64,000 nt of DNA. Source: Acidimicrobiia bacterium. GTDB lineage: Bacteria; Actinomycetota; Acidimicrobiia; Acidimicrobiales; Aldehydirespiratoraceae. This document shows, piece by piece, positions 44,455 to 53,868 of the stretch; the first letter of the stretch is position 1, and each line of letters opens with the position of its first letter. The translations under genes were made by a program, and so were the position numbers. The DNA lies in NCBI GenBank assembly GCA_022821685.1, contig JAJEDD010000018.1, forward strand, positions 62,655 through 126,654, given 5' to 3'. The notes under the pieces are model-generated. The model saw nothing but the letters and a program-made list of their open reading frames with translations, had not been told where the DNA came from and did not search any database.

Positions 44455-46077
44455 ATGTTGATTGAAGCCGCCCGCCGGGTTGAAGCCGCCGCCAAGGAGA
44501 TGCTGTCGGCGACGAACGACCCCTCGGTGTCTTGCGACGAGGCGCGCCAGGTGCCGGCGGTGTGCAAGTCCGCGATGGCGGCCCTGGCAGCCGCCCAGAC
44601 TTCTGCGGCTGCAGTTGTCGCTGGGGTGGAGCGCCACGGCGACGGAGGCGTGCAGGTGCTCGCGGACGCTGCCGGCTTGTCGCGGCAGGACGCGGTCGGA
44701 CGAGTCAAGACGGCCAAGGCGGTCGGGGCAGTGCCGGTGGTGCGCGATGCGGTGGAATCGGGGCAGGTGTCGCAGGCCAACGCCAAGCGACTGGCGGAGG
44801 CCATCGAGAAGACCAGCGCTGAGGCTGTCGAGTCCGACACCGAGTTGCTGTCCAAGGCTGCGTCGATGCGCCCCGAGCAGTTCACCAGGGAGGCCCGAAG
44901 GTGGGCGGCCGACCACCAGGGCGACGGCGGGGAGGGCGACTACCGGCGCCTGCGGGAGCGACGGCGTGTCCGGGTGTGGGACTCAGAAGAGGACGGGATG
45001 GTGCACATCCACGGCGAGTTCGACCCCGTCGCCGGACATCGGATCGGCAACCGGCTGCGGGCCGTGGCCGGCCGCCTCCATGACCTCGACAAGGCGCAGG
45101 CGAGCAACAAGTCTGAACGGCGCAGCTTCGATCAGTGCATGGCCGAGGCCCTGGACAGCCTCACGGCCGATCACCTCGCCGACCACCAGAACTGCGCCGA
45201 CAACGCCGCTGCGGGCCGCGGCTCACGCAACCGTTCGAGCGTCCGGTCAGGCCGCGGCTCAGACGACCGGTCAACAGTCGAGTCAGGCCACGGCTTAGAG
45301 GCCGAGCGAATAGGCGAGCGATTCCGGCCCATACGGGCGAGGCCGTGGCCCGAGCGGCCCGTGAGCGCAGCGAACAAGAGCGGGAAAGACACCCTTGCGA
45401 CGCGACTGGCTCTCACCTATTTGCGCGCCCTCTTAGACAACCGGCCGGGCGTCGGCTCAGGCCACGGTGCGGGCAGCCGTTCAGGCGCCGACACTGGCAA
45501 CAGTAGGCGCGACGGTAGCGGCAGACCTATCGCTGACATCTGCGTGGTGGCACATGTGGACAGCGACACCGGCAACCTCGTTGCCGAGCTTCCCGACGGT
45601 ACGCCGCTGCCAGCGGCAGTGCTTGAGGAACTCGCCTGCAACGCCAGGCTCACGGGCGTCGTCTTTGACCGTAACGGCAAGCCGATCTGGCGCACCGAGT
45701 CGAAGCGCACCGCCACTGAGGCCCAGCGGCAGATCCTCCTCGCCCGCGACGGGGGCTGCTTCCACTGCAAGTCCCACCCGACGCTGTGCCAGATCCACCA
45801 CATCAGACCGGTCTCCCAGGGCGGATCAACCCGACTCGACAACATGGTTCCGGTCTGCTGGGACTGCCACCAGAAGATCCACCACCACAAGTGGCGGATC
45901 CGCACCACCAACGGTGTGCACACCCTTCACCCGCCAGGGCAAGTTCACTACGGACCCGCGTGCGCCCCGGAAGAACCGACCCTGTATCTGCCGGGTGCCG
46001 ACCCGCCACCGACGGCGTCCACCCCCGCTGAACACTCCCGACCCGCGGCCCGCAGCCGGCTGTTCGCGCTCACCTAG
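44455..46077 (+). CDS. DUF222 / HNH endonuclease (REP13E12-type) carrying an in-frame MITE insertion
   Basis: N-terminal DUF222-like helical region. C-terminal HNH CFHCKSHPTLCQIHHIRPVSQGGSTRLDNMVPVCWDCHQKIHHHKW. ATG 44455 preferred over TTG 44419. Confidence 0.85.
   Translation: MLIEAARRVEAAAKEMLSATNDPSVSCDEARQVPAVCKSAMAALAAAQTSAAAVVAGVERHGDGGVQVLADAAGLSRQDAVGRVKTAKAVGAVPVVRDAVESGQVSQANAKRLAEAIEKTSAEAVESDTELLSKAASMRPEQFTREARRWAADHQGDGGEGDYRRLRERRRVRVWDSEEDGMVHIHGEFDPVAGHRIGNRLRAVAGRLHDLDKAQASNKSERRSFDQCMAEALDSLTADHLADHQNCADNAAAGRGSRNRSSVRSGRGSDDRSTVESGHGLEAERIGERFRPIRARPWPERPVSAANKSGKDTLATRLALTYLRALLDNRPGVGSGHGAGSRSGADTGNSRRDGSGRPIADICVVAHVDSDTGNLVAELPDGTPLPAAVLEELACNARLTGVVFDRNGKPIWRTESKRTATEAQRQILLARDGGCFHCKSHPTLCQIHHIRPVSQGGSTRLDNMVPVCWDCHQKIHHHKWRIRTTNGVHTLHPPGQVHYGPACAPEEPTLYLPGADPPPTASTPAEHSRPAARSRLFALT
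45295..45436 (+). mobile_element. MITE-like element, copy g (142 bp, inside the HNH CDS)
   Basis: ttagaggccgagcgaataggcgagcg...ggccgtggcccgagcggcccgtgagcgcagcgaacaagagcggg...ctcacctatttgcgcgccctcttag, flanked by TTAG on both sides. Confidence 0.9.
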
Positions 46078-46213
46078 CACCGGGTTCGATGAGTCCACCC
46101 TGTTCAAGCCCGCCGGCGAGTTGGATCCCCACCAGCCCGAGTCGCATGGCGCTAGATCTGAAGCACACGGTGTACGGACCATCGCCAGGCAATACTGTGC
46201 TACAATGTAGAAC

Positions 46214-46477
46214 ATGGTTGAGATCGGGATCAGGGCGCTCAAGCAGAATGCTTCCGGAGTGGTTGCTGACGCGGCGGCCGGTGAGGTGGTCACCATCACC
46301 CTGCGGGGCCGTCCGGTGGCCCGGATGACCGCCATCGCAGCTTCGCAGCTGGAAGAGCTGGTTGCGTCGGGCCGGGCCCGCCCGGCTCGGGGAGACATCA
46401 GGGACTTGCCCGCTCCGCGGGAAGGGCCCCGTCTCTCGGAGCTGCTGGAGGCCATGCGGGCCGAGGAGCGATACTGA
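46214..46477 (+). CDS. Phd/YefM-family antitoxin
   Basis: MVEIGIRALKQNASGVVADAAAGEVVTITLRGRPVARM is typical of Phd/YefM. TACAAT lies 7 nt upstream of the ATG (leaderless). Confidence 0.85.
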   Translation: MVEIGIRALKQNASGVVADAAAGEVVTITLRGRPVARMTAIAASQLEELVASGRARPARGDIRDLPAPREGPRLSELLEAMRAEERY

Positions 46478-46479
46478 CC

Positions 46480-46878
46480 GTGGCCCACTACCTGGACACG
46501 TCTGCGGTGGTCAAGCTGATCGTTCGGGAACCCGAGACGGATGCACTTCGATCTTGGCTCGCGGCGGAGGACCGCGAGCCTGTCTCTTGCGATCTGACCC
46601 GCACGGAGCTCATGCGGACTGTGAGGCGCGCCGCTCCCGACCTCGCTACCCGTGCCAAACGAGCACTCGACAAGATCACGCTCACGCAGGTGACTACCGG
46701 CGTGTTCGAGCGGGCGGGACAACTCGAGCCCGTCGCGCTGCGCAGCCTGGATGCGATCCATCTGGCCGCTGCTCTGAGCTTGGGCGACGATCTCCGTGGA
46801 TTCGTCACCTATGACCGGGCACTGGCTGGTGCAGCCCGCTCCTGCGGCATCGAGGTGATCGCCCCCGCGGGTGTCTGA
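46480..46878 (+). CDS. vapC: PIN-domain toxin (VapC family)
   Basis: YLDTSAVVKL (D), TRTELMR (E), SLDAIHLAAAL (D), FVTYDRAL (D). Starts 2 nt after the antitoxin stop. Confidence 0.85.
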   Translation: MAHYLDTSAVVKLIVREPETDALRSWLAAEDREPVSCDLTRTELMRTVRRAAPDLATRAKRALDKITLTQVTTGVFERAGQLEPVALRSLDAIHLAAALSLGDDLRGFVTYDRALAGAARSCGIEVIAPAGV

Positions 46879-46889
46879 TCGCGGGGCGG

Positions 46890-47352
46890 TCAGGTCTTGA
46901 GCTGGGCGATTAGCTCATCGGGGGTGGATGCGGGGGACTGGCAGGCGAAGTGTCGGCACACGTAGGCGAAGCCCTCGGGGCGGTTGTGCCATAGCGGGGA
47001 GTCGTAGGGCTCGTCCCAGGCCAGCACCGCGTTGGGCAGGTAGCGGGTCTGCGTCGCGGTCACAGATCTGGGCGGTTGCCCATCACTGCGATCTCGTCGG
47101 TGCCGCTTGCGGCGAGGTCCAGCGCCTCCAGCGCTCGGTCGAAGGCGGTGGGGTGCTGTGCTGCGGCTGAGCCGAGCAGCTCGATGATGCGGCGGGCGTG
47201 GTCGCTGTAGCGGGGCTCGCCGGTCAGCGCGGTCAGCCGCAGCAGCCCGCAGGCCGCCAGCGACTGGGCTGACGGGGTGGCGTTGTCCATCAGGTCTTTG
47301 GGCCGGGTCACCAGCTTCTCGGCGTCGTCGCCGGTGGTGAACATGCCCCCGA
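46890..47352 (-). pseudogene. Frameshifted duplicate of the 3' end of yyaL (copy of 48456-48918)
   Basis: Roughly nine in ten positions match 48456-48918 by eye. A 1-bp deletion near 47060 splits the reading frame (...GNRPDL / [40 protein letters not shown]...). Confidence 0.85.
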
Positions 47353-47382
47353 ACTCTGTCGTCGAAGCCGGGCCGCACCCGG

Positions 47383-47541
47383 ATAGGCGCCACCGGAGTG
47401 GCCAACCTCTACGAGATCACCGCCCACCTGCGAGGCGAGGCCGGTGACCGCCAAGTAGAGGGAGCCAGAGTCGGCCTGGCCCACGTAATTGGCCTAGCCT
47501 CAGCCTGCGGAGTCCACATCCTGGAAAAATCAGCCGCCTAA
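47383..47541 (+). pseudogene. Duplicate of the last 52 or so codons of the thiolase gene (copy of 39376-39534)
   Basis: Reads GATGVANLYEITAHLRGEAGDRQVEGARVGLAHVIGLASACGVHILEKSAA*, compared with GATGVANVYEITAHLRGEAGHRQVEGARVGLAHVIGLASACGVHILEKAAA* in the intact gene. Confidence 0.85.
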
Positions 47542-47680
47542 CCGGTCAGCCGAGGCTGGGTTCGTGGCGCGTCACTCCGAAGCGTCGATGGCCAGTGTGC
47601 CGGCCGTGCCTGAGCGCCGACCGGGTGGTCGGGATGCCGCTCACATCCCTTGGACTGTCAGATGGGGGGTGCTGGCTTGG

Positions 47681-48100
47681 TTACGGGTGGACTGTGAAGG
47701 CCCGGCGGCGGCCGGGTCCGTAGCGGTAGACACGAAAGTCGTTGTCGAGGGCCAGCGCGTCGACGATGGCCAGTCGCTCCATCAGCGCCCAACTCGTGCG
47801 ATCGGTGAGCGAGAAGGCTTGATCGGCGAAGGCCGCCGCAGCTGCCTCGGCCGCGGCGAGATCGGCGGAGGTGACGCATTCGACGCGGGCAATCCCGGCT
47901 GTGACGGTGGCTACGGCCCGGTTCGCAAGAGCATGGCCGACGCGCGCATTCACGAGGTTCCACAACTCGGCGAGGACGAGGTCGCTGGTGAGCAGTGCGC
48001 CCTCGTGATCTTTCAGGAGCGTTCGGGCAACTGCGCTGTGGGCGTCGCTGTCGTCGGCGGCGGCATACCAAATGCTGGTGTCGACGAAGGTGTGGGCCAT
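47681..48100 (-). CDS. vapC: PIN-domain toxin (VapC family)
   Basis: FVDTSIWYA (D), VLAELWNL (E), LTDRTSWALM (D), ALALDNDF (D). Confidence 0.85.
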   Translation of the reverse strand: MAHTFVDTSIWYAAADDSDAHSAVARTLLKDHEGALLTSDLVLAELWNLVNARVGHALANRAVATVTAGIARVECVTSADLAAAEAAAAAFADQAFSLTDRTSWALMERLAIVDALALDNDFRVYRYGPGRRRAFTVHP

Positions 48101-48103
48101 CGG

Positions 48104-48352
48104 CTAGAGACCTTTGGCTGCGAACTGCTCATCGATGGCTCGGCTGATCATGGCCTGCTTGCCGTCGGCGATCCTCGACCCTCCACTGTCGAACAGCCCG
48201 AAGATCGCCGAAGGGTCGCCTGCCGGCGCTTGCGGCTCCAGATCACGGGCGACGAGACGGCGGATGTACTCCGACAGCGAGATGCCGTCAAGAGCCGCCC
48301 GGCGCTTGGCCGCGGCGTGGTGGTGGTCCGGAATCACGATCATCGTTCTCAT
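48104..48352 (-). CDS. vapB: Ribbon-helix-helix (CopG-like) antitoxin
   Basis: MRTMIVIPDHHHAAAKRRAALDGISLSEYIRRLVARDL. ATG 48352 chosen. Stop lies 3 nt before the vapC ATG. Confidence 0.8.
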   Translation of the reverse strand: MRTMIVIPDHHHAAAKRRAALDGISLSEYIRRLVARDLEPQAPAGDPSAIFGLFDSGGSRIADGKQAMISRAIDEQFAAKGL

Positions 48353-48360
48353 GCCCTCAG

Positions 48361-48395
48361 TATGGCATATGAAGCAGAGCATAATCTATGCCATA
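48361..48395. promoter_or_regulatory. Inverted repeat (candidate antitoxin operator/promoter) upstream of vapB
   Basis: TATGGCATA-N17-TATGCCATA in an AT-rich patch directly upstream of the RHH antitoxin start. Confidence 0.45.
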
Positions 48396-48455
48396 ACTTC
48401 TAGGCAGTGGAGCTAAACCCCTGCATCCGGCGAAGAGTGCCGGAAGTTCAACCAG

Positions 48456-50477
48456 TCAGGTGTGAAGCTGGGCGACTAGCTCTTCAGGGGTGGATGCGGG
48501 GGACTGGCAGGCGAAGTCTCGGCACACGTAGGCGAAGCCCTCGGGGCGGTTGTGCCATAGCGGGGAGTCGTAGGGCTCACCCCAGGCCAGCACCGCGTTG
48601 GGCAGGTAGCGGGTCTGCGCCTCGGCCACAAGATCGGGGCGGTCGCCCACCACCGCGATCTCGTCGATGCCGCCTGCGGCGAGGTCCAGCGCCTCCAGCG
48701 CTCGGCCGAAGGCGGTGGGGTGCTGGGCCGCGGCCGAGCCGAATAGCCCGATGATGCGGCGGGCGTGGTCGTCGTAGCGGGGTTCGCCGGTCAGCGCGGC
48801 CAGCCGCAGCAGCCCGCAGGCCGCCAGCGACTGGGCTGACGGGGTGGCGTTGTCCATCAGGTCTTTGGGCCGGGTCACCAGCTTCTCGGCGTCGTCGCCG
48901 GTGGTGAACACGCCCCCGACATCGGGGTCCCAGAACAAGTCCAGCAGGCCGTCGGCCGCGGCCTGGGCCTCGTCGATCCAGCGGGCCTGTCCCGACAGCT
49001 CTCCCAGCCTGGTGAAGGCGTCGAGCAGCGCCGCATAGTCCTGTGCGTAGGCCAGATGGCGGGCCTGGGCCGGGCGCTCGGCGTCGCCGGCCTGCCAGGA
49101 GCGCATCCAGCGGCCGTCATCGCGCCGCAGGCTCGCCACCAGGAACTCGCCGTTGGCCAGTGCCGCCGCCCGCCACTCGGGGTTGCCGGTGGCCGCCGCA
49201 GCCTCGGCCAGCGCCGACAGCATCAACCCGTTCCACTCGGCCAGGACCTTGTCGTCGAGGCCGGGCCGGATCCGGCTCTCCCGGCATGCGAACAGAGCCC
49301 CGCGGGCGGCTTCCACCTCGGCGGGCCGGACCAGGTCGCCCCGCACCGGCCGGTTCAAGATGTTGGCTCCCTCGAAGTTGCCGGCCGCGGTCACACCCCA
49401 CCAGTCGGCGGCGGCATCGGCGGCCCCCGCACCGGCCGCGTTCTGCGCCACCGCTCGCAGCTCGGGCTCGGACCACACGTAGAACTTGCCCTCGACGCCC
49501 TCGGAGTCGGCGTCCTCGGCCGAGTAGAAGCCGCCGTCGGCGTGGCGCAGGTCCCGCAGCACGTAGCCGACCGTCTCGTCCACCACCTGGCGGTACACCG
49601 GCTCGCCGGTCGCCATCCAGGCGTGCAGATACGCCCTGGTCAGCAGCGCATTGTCGTAGAGCATCTTCTCGAAATGGGGCACGAGCCAGCGGCGGTCCAC
49701 CGAGTAGCGGGCGAACCCGCCGCCGAGATGGTCGTAGATGCCGCCCGACGCCATGGCATCGAGGCTGGTCCGCACCGCTCGCAGCAGTTCGGGGCGGCGG
49801 CTGCGGTGATGGATGCGCAGAGCCGAGGTCAGCGTCATGGCCGCCGGGAACTTGGGCGCGCCGCCGAAGCCGCCCCACTCGGAGTCGAAGGAGGCCAGGA
49901 TGGCGTCCCCGGCCCGGTCCAGTGCTCGGCCGTCGTCGGCGGCGTCGGCAGACTCCGCACCCAGCGACGCGGCGGCACGCGAAGTCCGGTCGATCAGGGC
50001 CACCAACTGGTCGGCCTGGGCGTGCACGTCGGATCGGCGGTTGGTCCAGGCGTCGTCGATGGCCGCCATCACCTGGCGGAATGAGGCCATCTGGCCCCGA
50101 GGCCGGTCGGGGTAGTAGGTGCCCCCGAAGAAGGGCCGACCGCCGGGGGTCAGGAACACGGTCATGGGCCAGCCGCCCCGGCCGGTCATGGCCTGCACCG
50201 AGTCCATGTAGATGGCGTCCACATCGGGGCGCTCCTCCCGGTCGACCTTCACGTTGACGAACAGCCGGTTCATCACCGCGGCCGTCTCGGGATCCTCGAA
50301 CGACTCGTGGGCCATCACATGGCACCAGTGGCAGCTCGAGTAGCCCACCGACAGCAGCACCGGGCGGTCCCGCTCGACAGCCGCCGCGAAGGCCTCCGGT
50401 CCCCAGGGATACCAGTCGACCGGATTGTCGCGGTGCTGGCGCAGGTACGGGCTGGTCTCGTCGCCGAGCCGGTTCAC
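48456..50477 (-). CDS. yyaL: Thioredoxin-domain protein, DUF255/YyaL family
   Basis: [31 protein letters not shown] (CxxC thioredoxin fold), then a six-hairpin glycosidase-like region. GTG 50477 (VNRLGDE...) chosen because upstream ORF-track codons run through a MITE. Confidence 0.85.
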   Translation of the reverse strand: MNRLGDETSPYLRQHRDNPVDWYPWGPEAFAAAVERDRPVLLSVGYSSCHWCHVMAHESFEDPETAAVMNRLFVNVKVDREERPDVDAIYMDSVQAMTGRGGWPMTVFLTPGGRPFFGGTYYPDRPRGQMASFRQVMAAIDDAWTNRRSDVHAQADQLVALIDRTSRAAASLGAESADAADDGRALDRAGDAILASFDSEWGGFGGAPKFPAAMTLTSALRIHHRSRRPELLRAVRTSLDAMASGGIYDHLGGGFARYSVDRRWLVPHFEKMLYDNALLTRAYLHAWMATGEPVYRQVVDETVGYVLRDLRHADGGFYSAEDADSEGVEGKFYVWSEPELRAVAQNAAGAGAADAAADWWGVTAAGNFEGANILNRPVRGDLVRPAEVEAARGALFACRESRIRPGLDDKVLAEWNGLMLSALAEAAAATGNPEWRAAALANGEFLVASLRRDDGRWMRSWQAGDAERPAQARHLAYAQDYAALLDAFTRLGELSGQARWIDEAQAAADGLLDLFWDPDVGGVFTTGDDAEKLVTRPKDLMDNATPSAQSLAACGLLRLAALTGEPRYDDHARRIIGLFGSAAAQHPTAFGRALEALDLAAGGIDEIAVVGDRPDLVAEAQTRYLPNAVLAWGEPYDSPLWHNRPEGFAYVCRDFACQSPASTPEELVAQLHT

Positions 50478-50510
50478 GCCAGCGAGCCTACGGCTGGCGA
50501 TGGCATCCCG

Positions 50511-50632
50511 AGGCCGAGCGGTAGGCGCACTAATCCGGCCATACGGGCGAGGCCGTGGCCCGAGCGGCCCGTGAGCGAAGCGAACAAGAGCGGGAATGGC
50601 ACCGTCGCGGCACGAGACGCTCACTTTCAATC
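50511..50632 (+). mobile_element. MITE-like element, copy h (degenerate ends)
   Basis: aggccgagcggtaggcgcactaatccggccatacgggcgaggccgtggcccgagcggcccgtgagcgaagcgaacaagagcggg...gctcactttcaatcc. Confidence 0.7.
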
Positions 50633-50683
50633 CCCGCTTGCTCCGACGAGCGTTCGAGCTGCCGGCGGGGCAGACTGGCGACG

Positions 50684-51385
50684 GTGAGTGCTGGAGTCCG
50701 GGTGCTGGTCGTCGACGACGAGCCCTCGTACCGCGAGGGCCTGCAGGTGGCGCTGGGGGCGGAGGGGTTCATCGTCGACGTCGCCGCCGACGGCGAGGAG
50801 GCCCTGGTCGCCTTCGAGGCCCTCGAGCCCGAGATTGTCCTGCTCGACGTGATGCTGCCCCGGCTGTCGGGCATCGACGTGTGCCGCCGGATCCGCTCCC
50901 TCGCCGACACGCCGGTGATCATGGTGTCGGCCCGGCGCGAGGAGATCGACACTGTGGTCGGACTGGAGGTCGGCGCCGACGACTACGTGGCCAAGCCGTA
51001 CCGGGTGCGTGAGCTGGTGGCCCGGATGCGCACCGTGATGCGCCGCAGCCAGACCCGGCCCGCCGACTCCGCCGACGGCGCAGCCGAGCTGCAGATCGGC
51101 GATGTGGCGCTGGACCGCGACCGCCACGAGGTGACCATCGGCGGCAAGCAGGAGCGCCTCCCGCTCAAGGAGTTCGGGGTGTTGGCCCTGCTCATGGAGA
51201 ACGCCGGGTTCGTGGTCAGCCGCCAGACCCTCATCGACCGGGTCTGGGGGTTCGACTACGTGGGCAACACCAAGACCCTCGACGTGCACATCAAGCGGCT
51301 CCGGTCCCGCATCGAACTCGATCCCGCCGACCCCCAGCGGATAGTCACCATCAGGGGTCTCGGCTACAAGTACGTCGCGCCCTGA
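50684..51385 (+). CDS. OmpR/PhoB-family response regulator (no adjacent histidine kinase)
   Basis: [28 protein letters not shown] (phospho-Asp), winged helix [14 protein letters not shown]...[14 protein letters not shown] 50684. Confidence 0.85.
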   Translation: MSAGVRVLVVDDEPSYREGLQVALGAEGFIVDVAADGEEALVAFEALEPEIVLLDVMLPRLSGIDVCRRIRSLADTPVIMVSARREEIDTVVGLEVGADDYVAKPYRVRELVARMRTVMRRSQTRPADSADGAAELQIGDVALDRDRHEVTIGGKQERLPLKEFGVLALLMENAGFVVSRQTLIDRVWGFDYVGNTKTLDVHIKRLRSRIELDPADPQRIVTIRGLGYKYVAP

Positions 51386-51430
51386 GCGCTTCGGAGTCGA
51401 GCGAACAGGCGCGACGACCGTGCGACTCAA

Positions 51431-52312
51431 GTGACCAGCACGCAGCTTCGGACATGGGTGGCCGGGGCCCGGCCCCGCACCCTCAGCGCGGGATTGGTGC
51501 CGGTGGCGGTGGGAACGGCCGTCGCGGTGGGGGAGGGGTCGGCGACCGCGTGGTGGCGGGCTGCGGTGGCGCTGGTGGTGGCCATGGCGTTGCAGGTGGG
51601 CGTCAACTTCTCCAACGACTACTCCGACGGCGTGCGGGGCATCGACGACTCCACCCGGATCGGACCTCGACGGCTGGTGGGGTCGGGACTGGTCGAGGCT
51701 CGCCGGGTCAAGTGGGCCGCGCTGGTCGCTCTGGCTGTGGCCGCTGCCGCCGGAGTGGTGCTGGCCGCGGCGGCCGGCTGGGAGCTGCTGGCCGTGGGAG
51801 TGGTGTGCCTGGTGGTGGGATGGCTCTACACCGGCGGGCCGAAGCCCTACGGATACATGGGGCTGGGCGAGGTGTTCGTGTTCGTGTTCTTCGGCCTGGT
51901 GGCCACCGCGGGCACGGCCTATGCGCTGTTGGAGCGGCTCGACTGGTTCGCGGTGCTGTGCGGAGTGCCGGTCGGGCTGTGGGCGGTGGCGCTGCTGACG
52001 GCCAACAACCTGCGCGACATCGTCGGCGACGCCGCCGCGGGCAAGCGCACCCTGCCCGTTCGCCTGGGCGAGCGCCGCACCCGGCTCATGTATATGGCGG
52101 TGCTGGAAGCCTCCTATGCAGTGGCGCTGGCCGCCTCGTTCGGTGGTCGGGCCGCGGCGGCTGCGGTGGTGGGCGCCCCCTTCGCGGTGTCCGCGGTGCG
52201 CCGCGTGCTGCGGGGAGCTTCCGGCCCGGAGCTGATCCCGGTTCTGGGCGCCACCGCCAAGGTCCAACTCGTGTCAGGCCTGGCCATGGCAGCCGGCATC
52301 GCAGTCACGTAA
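51431..52312 (+). CDS. menA: 1,4-dihydroxy-2-naphthoate polyprenyltransferase
   Basis: UbiA-family topology. WVAGARPRTL, NDYSDGVRGID (NxxxD...D motif), ANNLRDIVGD. Confidence 0.85.
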   Translation: MTSTQLRTWVAGARPRTLSAGLVPVAVGTAVAVGEGSATAWWRAAVALVVAMALQVGVNFSNDYSDGVRGIDDSTRIGPRRLVGSGLVEARRVKWAALVALAVAAAAGVVLAAAAGWELLAVGVVCLVVGWLYTGGPKPYGYMGLGEVFVFVFFGLVATAGTAYALLERLDWFAVLCGVPVGLWAVALLTANNLRDIVGDAAAGKRTLPVRLGERRTRLMYMAVLEASYAVALAASFGGRAAAAAVVGAPFAVSAVRRVLRGASGPELIPVLGATAKVQLVSGLAMAAGIAVT

Positions 52313-52804
52313 TCACGACTGCGGCGGGGGTTTGGCCAGATCCTCGACCACCTCGGCGCCCTCGACGGCCAGCAGCGAGGCGGGCGGGCACAGGATCTTG
52401 CAGTCTCGCGAGCCTCCGCCCACGATCACCTTGTCGCATGCCATGACACGGGCATCGATCCACACCGGCAGCCCGGCCGGCAACCCGAACGGGGTCACCC
52501 CGCCGATCATCATGCCGGTCCGCTCCACGGTGGTGGCTGCGTCGGCGAAGGAGGCCTTGCGGGCGCCGAGCCGGCGGCGCACCGCCCCGTTCACGTCCAG
52601 CCGGGTGCAGGCCAGCACGACGCAGCACACCATCGGCCGCTCTGCCGACTTGCCCACCACGCAGATGGCGTTGGCCGAGGCGTCCATCGAGTACCCGTAG
52701 CGCTCGCAGAACTGGGCCGTGTCGGCGAAGTCGGGGTCGCACTCCACCACCTCGTACGCCACACCCAGCGCATCGAGATGGGCTACAACCGTGTCGCGGC
52801 TCAT
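52313..52804 (-). CDS. YbaK/EbsC-like aminoacyl-tRNA deacylase domain protein
   Basis: 163 aa. Similar to the prolyl-tRNA-synthetase-associated editing domain (GGVTPFGLP, KVIVGGGSR). Confidence 0.6.
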   Translation of the reverse strand: MSRDTVVAHLDALGVAYEVVECDPDFADTAQFCERYGYSMDASANAICVVGKSAERPMVCCVVLACTRLDVNGAVRRRLGARKASFADAATTVERTGMMIGGVTPFGLPAGLPVWIDARVMACDKVIVGGGSRDCKILCPPASLLAVEGAEVVEDLAKPPPQS

Positions 52805-52976
52805 ACTTCAGACCTCCGTTTGCTGCGTTCGGGCTCTCATGGATGACAGTCTGCCAGCGCAGTTCGGAGCGCTGCGCCTGCTCGGGTTGTCGTGGACGGG
52901 AATCTGCGTGGCTTGTGGTGGTGGTGTCGTGGGCCGGTGTGGCCGCGCCGTTCGGGTTGTCGTGGACGGAGCCTGC

Positions 52977-53669
52977 TCAGCTGCGGGTGGCGGTGATCAG
53001 CTGGGCGATCCCGGCGCTGAGCTGGCGGCGGTGGACGGCGACGAAACCCGCAGCCCGCAGCTCGTCCACCAGTACCTCCGCAGCTGGCAGGTAGGCGACC
53101 GACTGGGGCAGGTACCGGTAGGCCCGGCGATCCGACAGCAGCGAGCCGATCACCGGCACGACCCGGCCGAAGTAGACACCGTGCCCCCAGCGCAGCACCG
53201 GGTTGGCGGGAGAGTCCACCTCCAGCAGGCCGATGCGGCCACCCGCACGGGTCACTCTCGCCAGCTCAGCAAACAGCGGCGGGATAGCGGTGAGGTTGCG
53301 CAGGGCGAATCCGCAGGCAGCGCCGTCGAGCACGCCGTCGGGCAGCGGCAGATCGAGCACGTCGGCGTTGACCAGAGGCGCCGGGGCGCGGCCTGCTGGG
53401 GCCGCCCGCAGCATTCCCATCGAGAAGTCGAAGCCGACGGGGCGATGGCCGAGCCGTGTCAGCTCCCGGCAGAAGTCTCCGGTGCCGCAGGCCAGATCGG
53501 CCACCCTCGAACCCGGTGGCAGGCCCAGATCGCGGGCGGCTCGGCGACGCCAGACCACGTCGAGTCGCAGCGTCATGACTCGGTTTACCAGGTCGTAGCG
53601 GGGTGCGATGGTGTCGAACATCTCCCGCACCGCCCGGTGCTTGGCCGAGCTGGAGGGCAGCTCGGTCAC
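52977..53669 (-). CDS. menG: Demethylmenaquinone / ubiquinone-menaquinone methyltransferase (UbiE/MenG)
   Basis: VREMFDTIAPRYDLVNRVMT, SAM motif VADLACGTGDF, GFALRNL. GTG 53669 chosen because upstream ORF-track codons are MITE sequence. Confidence 0.8.
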   Translation of the reverse strand: MTELPSSSAKHRAVREMFDTIAPRYDLVNRVMTLRLDVVWRRRAARDLGLPPGSRVADLACGTGDFCRELTRLGHRPVGFDFSMGMLRAAPAGRAPAPLVNADVLDLPLPDGVLDGAACGFALRNLTAIPPLFAELARVTRAGGRIGLLEVDSPANPVLRWGHGVYFGRVVPVIGSLLSDRRAYRYLPQSVAYLPAAEVLVDELRAAGFVAVHRRQLSAGIAQLITATRS

Positions 53670-53711
53670 CGGCCCAGAGGCCTGGAGGTCGAGCGATCTG
53701 GCCCGTACGGG

Positions 53712-53868
53712 TAAGAGCCCGAGCGAGTAGGCGAGCGATTCCGGCCCGTACGGGCGAGGCCGTGGGCTGTGGCGCCGGGGTTTGGGCGGCCCGTGAGCGC
53801 AGCCAACAAGAGCGGGAATGACCCCGCTGCGACGCAACAGACTCTCACCAAGTTGCTCGCCCTCCTAG
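53712..53868 (+). mobile_element. MITE-like element, copy i (157-bp variant)
   Basis: taagagcccgagcgagtaggcgagcgattccggcccgtacgggcgaggccgtgggc...ggcccgtgagcgcagccaacaagagcggg...ctcaccaagttgctcgccctcctag. A partial left-arm duplicate lies at 53684-53710. The terminal CTAG supplies the stop of the gene at 53865-54248. Confidence 0.8.

Noticed and set aside
44049-44885. 278-aa ORF on the - strand spanning the helicase/HNH intergenic region
   Set aside because: It overlaps the 3' end of the helicase-nuclease gene and the 5' end of the HNH gene in antisense. It has no motifs and crosses the AT-rich promoter region.
47564-48403. 279-aa ORF on the + strand
   Set aside because: It is antisense to the intact vapC-vapB pair at 47681-48352.
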